Source: an uncultured Actinomycetota bacterium (GTDB lineage Bacteria > Actinomycetota > Actinomycetes > Actinomycetales > Microbacteriaceae). From it: a DNA stretch of 64,000 bases. The position numbers and the translations under genes are program-made. Where the stretch lies: assembly GCA_963756345.1 (NCBI GenBank), contig CAVWNM010000001.1, forward strand, positions 24,773 through 88,772, read 5' to 3'. Numbering within the stretch: the stretch's first letter is position 1; each line of letters opens with the position of its first letter. Shown one piece after another: positions 49,710 through 59,086 of the stretch. The notes under the pieces were generated by a model. The model worked only from the letters and a program-made list of their open reading frames with translations, was not told where the DNA came from and ran no database searches.

Positions 49710-49904
49710 CTAGGCGCCGATCGCCGTGAGGACGTGGAACATCACGTACACCGGCCACACGATTCCCTGTAAGAGTCCCAGAACGACGCCCCAGAAACTT
49801 CCGTCAGACTGTGAGACGAAATAGATTGCGGCGCCGATGTAGGCCAGGAGAAACAGGAATCCCCACGAGCCCGCACGCTCCACTTGACGACCGCGGTCAG
49901 CCAT
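49710..49904 (-). CDS. small membrane protein (64 aa, 2 TM)
   Basis: ATG 49904 (MADRGRQVERAGSWGFLFLLAYIGAAIYF...) preceded by a GAAGGAAG ribosome-binding site. The ORF track gives a longer 94-aa version. Confidence 0.45.
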   Translation of the reverse strand: MADRGRQVERAGSWGFLFLLAYIGAAIYFVSQSDGSFWGVVLGLLQGIVWPVYVMFHVLTAIGA

Positions 49905-50058
49905 CGGCTTCCTTCTTCCGGTCTTCGGAATGATGGTTCCACGCTCGTCGCGGGCAGCAATGGCGGACAGTGCCGAAAGTCCCATTGCCCCCATGAATTT
50001 CTTCCGGGGTGGGACCTTTGGCCCGGGCGCGCCCGATTCGCTGACCTAGCGTGGAGGG

Positions 50059-51103
50059 ATGAAAGCTCTCCAGTATCGCGAAATCGGTTCAGCGCCCGTC
50101 GTCGTAGAGATCCCAGACCCCGAGCCAGGACCCGGCCAGGTACTGCTGAAGGTCACCGCTGGCGGCGTTTGCCACTCTGACCAGTTTCTGATGAGCCTGC
50201 CTCAGGATCAGTACGACGCCTTCGGCTTCGGGCTTCCCCTTACCCTCGGCCACGAGGGAGCGGGAACTGTGGAATCGATCGGCGCTGGAGTGACGGGCAT
50301 CACACTCGGGGAGTCGATGGCCGTCTACGGGCCGTGGGGCTGCGGGCGTTGCCACATGTGCTGCCCAGGGCAAGGAGAATTATTGCACCGAGGCCGCGCG
50401 CCTCAGCATCCAGCCGCCCGGGCTGGGCGCACCAGGGTCGATGGCGGAGTACCTGCTGGTCGACGACGCCCGGCATCTCGTTCCGCTGGGCGACCTCGAT
50501 CCTGTCGCCAACGTGTCGTTGACAGACGCGGGTCTCACGCCGTATCACGCGATCAAGATGTCACTGCCGAAACTGATCGCGGGATCCACTGCCGTGGTCA
50601 TCGGCGCCGGCGGACTCGGACATGTCGGCATCCAGATCCTTAAGGCGCTGTGCCCGGCGCGTGTGATCGCGGTCGATCTGAGCGAACAGAAGCTTGAGCT
50701 CGCCCGCGCTGTCGGAGCCGATGAGGCTATCCTGAGCGACGGCGACGCTGCTGCCGCGATCCGGGATCTCACCGGCGGACTCGGGGCTGTTGCGGTCTTC
50801 GATTTCGTGGGCGCACAGCCAACCGTCGAATTGGCGGGCGCTGTGGTCGCGGTCGAGGGTGACCTCACTATTGTCGGCATCGGCGGCGGGATGCTGCCCG
50901 TCGGCTTCGGTTCTGTGCCGTATGACGTAGCCGTGCGTGCGCCGTACTGGGGAAGCCGTTCCGAACTCATGGAGGTGCTCGATCTCGCCCGCGTCGGCAA
51001 GATTTCCGTCGAGACTGAGACTTTCTCGCTCGCCGACGCACCAGGCGCATACGAGAAGCTGCACGCTGGCACCATCCGCGGACGCGCTGTCATCGTCCCC
51101 TGA
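50059..51103 (+). CDS. zinc-dependent alcohol dehydrogenase (MDR family), apparent frameshift near 50380-50390
   Basis: GHEGAG and Cys cluster (GCGRCHMC) in ORF 50059... The continuation (ENYCTEAARLSIQPPGLGAPGSMAEYLLV...GAGGLGHVGIQ) is in the frame of ORF 50441..51103. Confidence 0.8.
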
Positions 51104-51123
51104 CGCGGCAGGCCGCCGTTCGG

Positions 51124-53097
51124 CTATGCGCTGAAGCTGACCCTCAGCGTGCTGCCCTTCGGGGCAAACGAGCCGCCCTCGGGGTTGAGTCCTGACACCT
51201 TGAACGACTCGGGAAGAAGGTCGGCAACGCCGTTGTACTGAACGTCGAACCCAGCGTCAAGCAGTTGTTGTTTAGCGGAGGCCCAGGTCTCCCCGACAAC
51301 GTCAGGAACCTCGATCAGTTCAACTCCCTTGGAGGTGATGAGGTCGACGGCGTCGCCCTGTCTGACGATCTCTGCGCCCTCGGCGGGAACGGCTCGAATG
51401 ACGGAGCCCTGCGCGATCGTGTCACTGTTCTCCACTTCGCGAACCTCGCCTACGGCGAGACCAGCCGCCTGCAGGGTTGCGCTGGCGTCATCAACCGAGA
51501 GGCCTGAGACATCCGGAATGGAACCGGATGACACGACCAGCGTGACCGGCTGGCCCTCGCCATACTGCGCAACGCCAGTGAGGCTCGACCCGTCGCCGGC
51601 GAGAGCGTCGAGCACGGTGCCGGCGCTGACGTCGTCATCGAACTGGCGGATGATGTTCTCATCCAGTGCGAATGGGGCGGCAGCGATGGCTGCCTTTGCG
51701 TCATCCTCGGTCATACCGGCAAAGGCGGGAACGTCCAGCAACTGCGGCCCGGTCGAGATGAGCAGTTGCACGACGTGCCCCTTTGTGACGTTCGTGCCAC
51801 CGGCGGGATCGGTAGCGGCGACAGCACCAACGGGAATCACCGGATCGCTGATTGCGCCATTCTCCGGATTGACCTCGAGGCCGAGAGCGGTGAGCTCGTC
51901 TGCGGCTTCCTCCGGCGAAAGTCCTGCAAGGTCGGACGGGACAACCACCGATGAACCAGGACCGACACCAAAATACCAACCGGCAACGCCTGCCCCTGCC
52001 ACAAGAAGAAGGATGAGAACCACAATGAGTGGTGCTCTTCTCCTGCGTCTCTTGGTTCTGAGCGCGAGGGCGGCTGTAGAACCGGTCGGGGTGTCCCTGG
52101 TGAGGGCCGGCACCGCGTGAACTGAGGTGGGGGCGATCGGGAGTCGTCCCCGCTGGCCAATGATCTGGGTTTCCGCCGTCGCGTCAGCAGATATGGCGGT
52201 CGGCATGACCATGGTGCGTTGCACGGATGTTGCTGCGGTGGTGGGGAGCGCCGTCATCAGGTCGCTGTGCACCTCGTACAGCCGGTCGAGCATGGCACGC
52301 GCGTCGCGTGGACGATCATCTGGCTCGCGGGAGGTCGACCACAGCACGAGATCGTCAAGCTCCGCGGGCACCTTTGAGTTCTTGCGGCTCGGAGAGGGCA
52401 CAGAATCGTTCGCGTGCTGATAGGCGATCTGCATGGGCTGCTCGCCCTTGAACGGCTGCTCACCCGTGAGCATCTCGAACATCATGATGCCGATGGCGTA
52501 GATGTCGCTTCGGGTATCCGCAATGCCGCGCGTGACGAGTTCGGGGGAGAGGTACGCGATGGTCCCGAGAAGTGCCGCTCCGGTAGCGGTGTTGGCCGAC
52601 GCTGCGCGGGCAAGACCGAAGTCGCCGATCTTGATGCGTCCATCGTCGGCCAGCAGCACATTCTCCGGCTTCAGGTCGCGGTGCACGATTCCCGCTTTGT
52701 GGGCCGCGGCGAGGCCCGCGAGCACGGCCTCAAGAATGTCGAGCGTCTGCTCGGTGGTGAGCAGCTTGTGCTCCGTCAGGAGGTCGCGCAGGGTGATGCC
52801 AGGCAGGTATTCCATGACGAGGTACGCCATGTCGCTGTCCTGGCCCTGATCGAAGACATTGACAACGTTGGGGTGCGCGAGGCGCGCGGCCGACCGGGCC
52901 TCCTGGATGAACCGTTCCTTGAACTTGCTGTCGTCGGCGAGGTGGCCATGCATGACCTTGATGGCGACGCGGCGCTCTAGTCGCAGGTCTGTCGCGAGGT
53001 AAACCGTCGCCATTCCTCCGCGCGCGATTCGGGAACGGATCTGGTATCTACCGTCGAGAAGGCGACCAATCATGGGGTCGGTGCTGTTGACGGTCAC
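51124..53097 (-). CDS. pknL: Ser/Thr protein kinase with extracellular PASTA repeats (PknL/PknB-like)
   Basis: Hanks kinase motifs (VAIKVM, HRDLKPENVLL, DFGLARA). A TM helix (LIVVLILLLVAGAGVAGWYF) and about 4 PASTA-like repeats. Position near the dcw cluster matches mycobacterial pknL synteny. Confidence 0.85.
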   Translation of the reverse strand: MTVNSTDPMIGRLLDGRYQIRSRIARGGMATVYLATDLRLERRVAIKVMHGHLADDSKFKERFIQEARSAARLAHPNVVNVFDQGQDSDMAYLVMEYLPGITLRDLLTEHKLLTTEQTLDILEAVLAGLAAAHKAGIVHRDLKPENVLLADDGRIKIGDFGLARAASANTATGAALLGTIAYLSPELVTRGIADTRSDIYAIGIMMFEMLTGEQPFKGEQPMQIAYQHANDSVPSPSRKNSKVPAELDDLVLWSTSREPDDRPRDARAMLDRLYEVHSDLMTALPTTAATSVQRTMVMPTAISADATAETQIIGQRGRLPIAPTSVHAVPALTRDTPTGSTAALALRTKRRRRRAPLIVVLILLLVAGAGVAGWYFGVGPGSSVVVPSDLAGLSPEEAADELTALGLEVNPENGAISDPVIPVGAVAATDPAGGTNVTKGHVVQLLISTGPQLLDVPAFAGMTEDDAKAAIAAAPFALDENIIRQFDDDVSAGTVLDALAGDGSSLTGVAQYGEGQPVTLVVSSGSIPDVSGLSVDDASATLQAAGLAVGEVREVENSDTIAQGSVIRAVPAEGAEIVRQGDAVDLITSKGVELIEVPDVVGETWASAKQQLLDAGFDVQYNGVADLLPESFKVSGLNPEGGSFAPKGSTLRVSFSA

Positions 53098-53179
53098 CCC
53101 ATGATTCTAAAGATCGAGGCTGAACGTCCGTGGTGATGACACGGCTCGCCGCAAGATCGGGCGAAGACTGAGCGTGGAA

Positions 53180-54539
53180 TCAGCTGAGTTCGGCGTACCA
53201 GGATCGTGCCGAGGCTTCCCACTGTGCGTAGGCGTCTGGGAACTCGGAGATCTGCACGGATTGAGCGGCGACGGTGAGCGACATCGACTCCCAGCCGCGG
53301 ATATCCAGCAGCCCCCTGGTGCGACCGGCGTTGGGGTTGGAGATGCCGCCATAGAAGAGCCGCGCAGCGTAGGAGGGCGTGGTGAGCTGCGTGACCGTGC
53401 CCCAGCCGGCGCTCGGACGCTGCTGAAAGAGCCCAACCGAGTCGCGATCGCCCCAGGTCAGGTTGCGAAGCGTCGATTCCTGCATCGCGGTGGCGAGAGC
53501 AATGACAATGCCCTGGCTCGAGACTCCCAGCTCGTGACCAACCTGAACGATGACGGCGGCGTTCGACCGCATCTCCTCGTTCAGTAGGGTCACGCTCGAG
53601 CCGGCTGACGCTGGCGCGATCGAGGCAGGGGCTGCCAGTGAGCCTGGAATCGCAAGCGTCTCGCCCGAGAAAATCAGGCTCGATGCCTGCAAGTCCGTTT
53701 GCCTCGAGAAGCGCAGCTTCGCTGACGCCAAGGGTGGCTGCGATCCCGCTGATGGTGTCGCCGGAAACAATCGTGTAAGAGCCGCCGGATGCCAGCGCAG
53801 AGGTGTGGGAGGCGAGATCGATAGCCAGCTCGGGCTCCATCGCGGCGGCCGGCACCAGGGTGGTCGGGATCGTCAGGCTCTGGTTGGGGAAGATCAGGCT
53901 CGACGCCCCGAGGCCATTCGCACTTAACACGGTGGCAGTCGACACTCCAAAACGCTCGGCGATCGAGCTGATGGTGTCTCCCGCGACGATCGTGTATTTG
54001 ACCGTGGGCGCGACCTCAACCACAGCCTCGACGGCTGGCGTCGAAGCTGACGGGCTACCGAGGGCGAGCACCTGACCGGGGAAGATGAGTGACGACCAGC
54101 CAAGTCCGTTCAGCGCGAGCACGGATGCAGTCGACAGTCCGAACTGGCCAGCAATGCTGCTGACAGTGTCGCCGGCCGCAACGGTGTACGACACGGGGCC
54201 CGCTGTTGTCGTCGAACGGACAATCGAAGCTGCCGTTGATTTGATGGCGGTGTTTGCCGCGGCCATGGCCTCGCGGATGGTCTTGCCCAGTTCAACCGCA
54301 GACGGGCGGTGTTTGAGCGCTGGCCGCGCCTCGGCAGGGGAGACCGGACCCGTGAGGTTGAGCGTCAGAGCCATCGAGCCCACAAGCAGCACGGAGCCGG
54401 TTGAGAAGACCGTGTGGGTGGCCTTGGTGCGGCGCGAGGATAGGCGTCGAAGCGGGGCGATTCTGGCCTGGGTGGCAGGTGCCAGTCCCGCGAAGACGCT
54501 CCTGGCCGCGTCATCCATGGAATCCGGGTTCCCTGTCAT
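53180..54539 (-). CDS. LysM-repeat (x3) secreted/membrane protein with conserved C-terminal domain, apparent frameshift near 53765-53790
   Basis: Three LysM repeats (YTVAAGDTVSSIAGQFG..., YTIVAGDTISSIAERFG..., YTIVSGDTISGIAATLG...) in ORF 53094..54638. C-terminal domain (MQESTLRNLTWGDRDSVGLFQQRPS) in ORF 53180..53770. The N-terminal region has a TM helix. Confidence 0.7.
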
Positions 54540-54627
54540 CGTGCTGTCTCCGCCCCCTCGCCCCCGCGAGCATGCCGGCCACTCGCTCACGGTGGCATTG
54601 CCTACACGGTGGCACAGGTGGCTACTA

Positions 54628-54646
54628 CTGTCAACCACTGTGACAG
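54628..54646. promoter_or_regulatory. inverted repeat CTGTCA-N7-TGACAG in a divergent promoter region
   Basis: A perfect 6-bp inverted repeat read in the 168-bp intergenic region between the LysM gene and the Rv2175c-like DNA-binding protein gene. Confidence 0.3.
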
Positions 54647-54707
54647 ATGTGAAACCAATTTACATGCTCGAAACATTGCGTTCAGAGGTGTGTCTCCGAA
54701 AATTCAC

Positions 54708-55073
54708 ATGCGGTCGTGGGAGGCTTGGAGGGTGACCGAATCACCCGATGTGCAGTGGCTGACAATTCCCGACCTGACCGAGATGCTCGGTCTCAAAGTG
54801 AGCCAGGTTCGTCGGCTCATCGAAGATCGCGCCCTGCTGGCCAGCCGCATCGACGGTGTGTGGAAGGTTCCCGCTGCATTCATCGTGGATGGGGAACCCC
54901 TGAGCGAGTTGAAGGGAACTCTGATCGTGCTCGCAGACAGCGGCTTCAGCAATGAGGAAGCTTTGCGTTGGCTGCTTAACACCGACGACAGTCTCGGGGT
55001 GAGCCCCATTGCTGCCCTGACGGCGGGCCGCAAAGCCGAGGTGCGTCGCGTCGCACAGGCACTCGGCTTTTAG
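54708..55073 (+). CDS. Rv2175c-like DNA-binding protein (PknL substrate homolog)
   Basis: The C-terminal region (EEALRWLLNTDDSLGVSPIAALTAGRKAEVRRVAQALGF) parallels M. tuberculosis Rv2175c. Start is uncertain (ATG 54708). Confidence 0.6.
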   Translation: MRSWEAWRVTESPDVQWLTIPDLTEMLGLKVSQVRRLIEDRALLASRIDGVWKVPAAFIVDGEPLSELKGTLIVLADSGFSNEEALRWLLNTDDSLGVSPIAALTAGRKAEVRRVAQALGF

Positions 55074-55115
55074 GTCGAGTGCGACCTTCGGGTCGCAAGC
55101 AAAGGCGACAAGGTC

Positions 55116-56237
55116 CTAGGCGACTCGGTGTGTAACAGTATCGGCGAGATCGAGGAGCTGGGCACGTGCCGATGGCGCGAGTGGGGCATCCCTCATGGCG
55201 GACCTGGCAAGCTCAACGTTGTGCTCAATGATGCGTTCGACATGATCAACAGCGCCGCATTCGGTGAGCGCGGTGCGGATCATCGCGACCTGTTGATCAT
55301 CGAGATCGGGATCCCCAAGCAGTTCGTCGACGACGTTGCGCAGGTGAGCCGGCAGCTTGGTGCGCGCCAGCGCGATGAGCACAGTCCGCTTGCCTTCTCG
55401 CAGGTCATCGCCAGCGGGCTTTCCCGTCACCACTGGATCGCCAAAGACGCCGAGCATGTCGTCGCGTAGCTGGTAGGCAACCCCGAGCGGCAGCCCGAAC
55501 GCGCGCAGCGAGGCCATTTGTTCCGGCGAGGCGCCGCCGAGGGCAGCCCCGATGGCCAGCGGTGCCTCGATGCTGTACTTGGCCGACTTATAGACGATGA
55601 CGCGATGAGCACGGGGGAGAGCCTGCGCCTCCGGATAGGAGGCCCACGCGTTCTCTTCCAGGATGTCGAGGTATTGTCCGGCCGTGACCTCGGTTCGCAT
55701 GCGAGCGAATTCCGCACGCCCGGCGTATCCGGCTTCCCGGTCGGCGAGCAAGGAGGTTCCCTTGTCGAACAGCTCATCGCTCCAGCCGAGCAGGAGATCG
55801 CCGAGCAGCAATCCCGCCGAGCGACCGAACGTCGCGGCGGAGCCTCGCCAGCCACCCTGAATGTGGATGGATTCGAAACTCTTGTGAGCAGCAGGCGCGC
55901 CACGGCGGGTGTCGGAATTGTCCATGATGTCGTCGTGCACGAGCGCCGCCGCGTGGAAGACCTCAAGTGCGGAAGCTGCGAGCACGATCCCCGGAAGGAC
56001 CCCGCCGGCCGGTGGGGGAGCGAGGGGATCAAATTGATCGATCGTGTGCGTGACCGACTGCCATCCCCAGTAGCAGAAGAGAGCCCGAAACCGCTTGCCA
56101 CCGGACAGGAACGAGAGCGTGACGTCGGTGAACTGTTCAAGTTCGGGTGCGATTGTCGCCAGTTCAGCGGTTCGCTCGGAAACAAATTCGTCGATTCTCA
56201 GTTGAACAAGGTCAACTAACCGCGTACTCTCAGCCAC
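55116..56237 (-). CDS. idsA: polyprenyl diphosphate synthase (IdsA2-like)
   Basis: First and second Asp-rich motifs (LVHDDIMD; DDxxD region). 373 aa. Confidence 0.8.
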   Translation of the reverse strand: MAESTRLVDLVQLRIDEFVSERTAELATIAPELEQFTDVTLSFLSGGKRFRALFCYWGWQSVTHTIDQFDPLAPPPAGGVLPGIVLAASALEVFHAAALVHDDIMDNSDTRRGAPAAHKSFESIHIQGGWRGSAATFGRSAGLLLGDLLLGWSDELFDKGTSLLADREAGYAGRAEFARMRTEVTAGQYLDILEENAWASYPEAQALPRAHRVIVYKSAKYSIEAPLAIGAALGGASPEQMASLRAFGLPLGVAYQLRDDMLGVFGDPVVTGKPAGDDLREGKRTVLIALARTKLPAHLRNVVDELLGDPDLDDQQVAMIRTALTECGAVDHVERIIEHNVELARSAMRDAPLAPSARAQLLDLADTVTHRVA

Positions 56238-56328
56238 TCGTCTAGCCTAGCCATCGCGGCGGGCGTACAATTGACTTCTAGCGCTGAGAAGATTCCGCGC
56301 GGACTACCCGAGACTCGAGGGGAACAGG

Positions 56329-56706
56329 ATGCCACTTTCCGAGCAGGAGCAGCGCCTCCTGGAAGAGATGGAGCGCAGTCTCTATCAAAACGACGCTGAC
56401 TTCGTTGCTACCGTCAATCCCCATCGCGGCCGGACCAACTACCGCATTCTGGTGATCGGTGTGCTCGTCGGTGTCGCGGGTATCGCCACCCTGGTCGCCG
56501 GAGTCATCGTGAACCAGCCCCTCGTTGGCATCCTCGGCTTTGCCGTCATGTTTGCCGGCGTTCTGCTCATTTTCGCCCCGCCCCGCAAGGGAGCAGCGGC
56601 AGCCTCGACAGCACGTCCAACGACGACGAAGTCGAACGGCGGATCATCGAGCTTCATGTCGAACCTCAACGACCGTTGGGAAAAGCGCCAGGACGGTCGC
56701 GAGTAG
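56329..56706 (+). CDS. DUF3040 membrane protein (Rv2169c-like)
   Basis: N-terminal LSEQEQRLLEEME motif followed by 2 TM helices. Confidence 0.75.
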   Translation: MPLSEQEQRLLEEMERSLYQNDADFVATVNPHRGRTNYRILVIGVLVGVAGIATLVAGVIVNQPLVGILGFAVMFAGVLLIFAPPRKGAAAASTARPTTTKSNGGSSSFMSNLNDRWEKRQDGRE

Positions 56707-56738
56707 TCCAACCGATTCACGTACTTCAACCGCGAAAC

Positions 56739-56768
56739 AGGGTCAGCCTTCGGGCTGGCCCTTTTTTT
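56739..56768 (+). terminator. rho-independent terminator: AGGGUCAGCC-UUCG-GGCUGGCCCU followed by a run of 7 U
   Basis: A 10-bp stem (one G-U pair) with a UUCG tetraloop and a T7 tract, read 33 nt after the DUF3040 stop. Confidence 0.75.
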
Positions 56769-56898
56769 GTGCCTCAAACAGGGGTCAGAGGGCCTGAACG
56801 AGCAAAAATGCCAAAATTCCCTCCACCGGGGACAGCCCAGTGTTTACGGCGATTTCTTGCACATCTGAGGAAGTAAACCTGACGATTTTATGGATTTG

Positions 56899-56928
56899 GT
56901 GGGGGAAAGTGGAGTAAAGTGGAGGAAA
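56899..56928 (+). promoter_or_regulatory. MraZ-box-like operator: three direct repeats GTGGGGGAAA / GTGGAGTAAA / GTGGAGGAAA at exact 10-bp phasing, 36 bp upstream of mraZ
   Basis: Read directly. MraZ proteins bind phased GTG-containing direct repeats in their own promoter in E. coli, Bacillus and Mycoplasma. Confidence 0.6.
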
Positions 56929-56963
56929 CCTGAATCCGGGCCGGAGAATGAGGGGAGGCTGTC

Positions 56964-57395
56964 GTGTTCCTAGGCACCTATGCCCCGAAGCTGGACGAGA
57001 AGGGGCGCGTCATCCTGCCGGCCAAGTTCCGCGACGAACTGTCGTCGGGAATGGTCGTCACCCGCGGACAGGAACGCTGCCTCTACGTGTTCAGCCAGCG
57101 CGAGTTCGAGAACATCCAGCTGAAGGTGCGCCAGGCGTCCCTCACGAGCAAGCAGAGCCGGGACTTTTTGCGACTCTTCCTTTCGGGGGCCAACCAGGAG
57201 ATTCCGGATAGCCAGAACCGCGTAACCATCCCCGCGAACCTGCGCGAATACGCCGGACTCGGTCGCGAACTCACCGTCATCGGTGCCGGTGACCGCGCTG
57301 AGATCTGGAACACCGACGCCTGGAACGCCTACTACGAAAGCGCCGAATCCGACTTCGCAAACACGACGGAGGAGGTGATCCCGGGCCTCTTCTGA
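56964..57395 (+). CDS. mraZ: transcriptional regulator MraZ
   Basis: [23 protein letters not shown], two SpoVT/AbrB-like halves, 143 aa. Confidence 0.9.
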   Translation: MFLGTYAPKLDEKGRVILPAKFRDELSSGMVVTRGQERCLYVFSQREFENIQLKVRQASLTSKQSRDFLRLFLSGANQEIPDSQNRVTIPANLREYAGLGRELTVIGAGDRAEIWNTDAWNAYYESAESDFANTTEEVIPGLF

Positions 57396-57520
57396 TTCAC
57401 AACCGCACCGACGTTGACGCTGACTCCCAGCCGTACGCCCTGGCTTTCTCCCCGATGCCAGGTCGCACCGGATGGGGATGAGCGTTCACGACACCGTGAC
57501 GGTGGGTCTCCCGGATAGCA

Positions 57521-58475
57521 ATGACAGACAACACGATCCACACCCCGGTCATGCTCGAACGCACCATCGAGCTCCTCGCCCCAGCTCTCGAACGCGACGG
57601 TGCTGTGCTCGTCGACGCGACGCTCGGGATGGCCGGCCACGCCGAATCTTTCCTCCAGCGCTTCCCGGGCATCACGCTCGTCGGCATCGACCGGGATCAG
57701 GATGCCCTCACTATCGCTCGCCGCCGGCTCGAGCCATTCGCTGACCGAGTGCATCTCGTGCATGCGGTGTACGACGAATTCGCCGCCGCGCTCGCCGGTC
57801 TCGGCATCCCCAAAGTTTCCGGGATCCTCTTCGATCTCGGGGTGTCGTCGCTGCAACTGGACAGGGTGGAGCGCGGCTTTTCCTACTCCAAGGACGCCCC
57901 GCTCGACATGCGGATGGACGCATCGAACGAGCGGACCGCGGCTCATATCCTCGCGACCTACAGCGAAGAAGAGTTGCGACGCATCTTTTACCAGTACGGC
58001 GACGAGAAGCTCGCTCCCCGATTCGCGAGCCGAATTGTGCAGCGCCGCGCTGAGAAGCCGCTCGAGACGTCAGCAGAGCTGGTTGAACTCGTGATCGCGG
58101 CGACTCCCGCAGCAGCACAGCGCGCAGGGCATCCGGCCAAGCGGGTCTTCCAGGCACTTCGCATCGAGGTGAACCAGGAGCTCTCGGTGCTGGAACGAGC
58201 GATTCCGGCCGCAGTCGACTCCCTCGAGGTCGGCGGGCGCATGGTCGTTCTCTCGTACGAGTCGCTGGAAGACCGGATCGTCAAGCGAGTGCTGCAGGCG
58301 CGATCCGCGTCCACGGCGCCGCGGGGTTTGCCCGTCGAGCTTCCCGAGCACCGACCCGAACTCAAACTGCTCGTACGCGGGGCAGAACTCGCCACAGAGG
58401 ATGAGAAATGGCGAAATCCTCGGCGCCACCCCGGTACGGCTCCGAGCCGTCGAGAAACTACGGGAGATCGCATGA
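57521..58475 (+). CDS. rsmH: 16S rRNA (cytosine1402-N4)-methyltransferase RsmH/MraW, apparent frameshift at a CCCC run near 58410-58425
   Basis: SAM motifs ([20 protein letters not shown]). The true C-terminus ...[13 protein letters not shown] is found in the +1 frame ending at TGA 58473..58475. The 511-aa ORF track entry fuses rsmH with ftsL. Confidence 0.85.
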
Positions 58476-59056
58476 GCGGCACCGCTGCATTTGCCCGCCC
58501 ACTCGTCGCGCCAGCCCCGTCGCCGACGACGCATCCCCACATCGAGATTGTCACCACGCGTGAGCAGAGACGAGCCCGTCCCAAGCTTGCCTACGCGGTC
58601 GTCACGATCACGAGCCTGTTCGCAATCTTTGCGGCTCAGCTCATGATGAGCATCGTGGTGTCTGAAGGCGCATTCCAGATCGAAGCGCTCCAGCAGCAGC
58701 AGAAGGAGCTGCTTCGCACTCAGGACGCGCTCAGCGAGAATCTGAACCTGTACGGCTCGACGCAGAATCTTGCCACCCAGGCGGCTCACCTCGGAATGGT
58801 GCCGAACCCGTCGCCTCTCACGCTGAATCTCGACACGGGTTCCGTGTACGGAGCGCCGGGCACCGCCGATCCGATGGGATGCGGCGGCGGATGCAACCTC
58901 ATCGCTAACTCCCTGCTGGTGGGCATGCCTCTGGTCGACCCTGCCGGGGCGACAACAGGAAACGCCGCAGCTCCTGTGGATGCGTCGACCAGCGCAACGC
59001 AGACTGATACCGCACCGGCCGCCACGAACGCGCTTCCCGCCCCAGTGACCCGATGA
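58472..59056 (+). CDS. ftsL: cell division protein FtsL-like (septum formation initiator), single TM
   Basis: ATG 58472 overlaps the rsmH stop (ATGA). TM helix ([21 protein letters not shown]) and coiled-coil ([18 protein letters not shown]). Canonical position between rsmH and ftsI. Confidence 0.65.
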   Translation: MSGTAAFARPLVAPAPSPTTHPHIEIVTTREQRRARPKLAYAVVTITSLFAIFAAQLMMSIVVSEGAFQIEALQQQQKELLRTQDALSENLNLYGSTQNLATQAAHLGMVPNPSPLTLNLDTGSVYGAPGTADPMGCGGGCNLIANSLLVGMPLVDPAGATTGNAAAPVDASTSATQTDTAPAATNALPAPVTR

Positions 59057-59086
59057 CCCTGTCCGCAACCCGAGGACTTGCACGAC

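Noticed and set aside
54540-54708. Possible c-di-AMP (ydaO-type) riboswitch upstream of the LysM cell-wall gene.
   Set aside because: Such riboswitches often precede actinobacterial LysM/Rpf genes. Reading the minus-strand leader showed G-rich stretches but not the conserved ydaO core elements, and I could not fold it convincingly.
57521-59056. 511-aa ORF as one RsmH protein.
   Set aside because: It is rsmH (true C-terminus in the +1 frame ending at 58475) fused by an indel to the downstream ftsL-like gene (ATG 58472).
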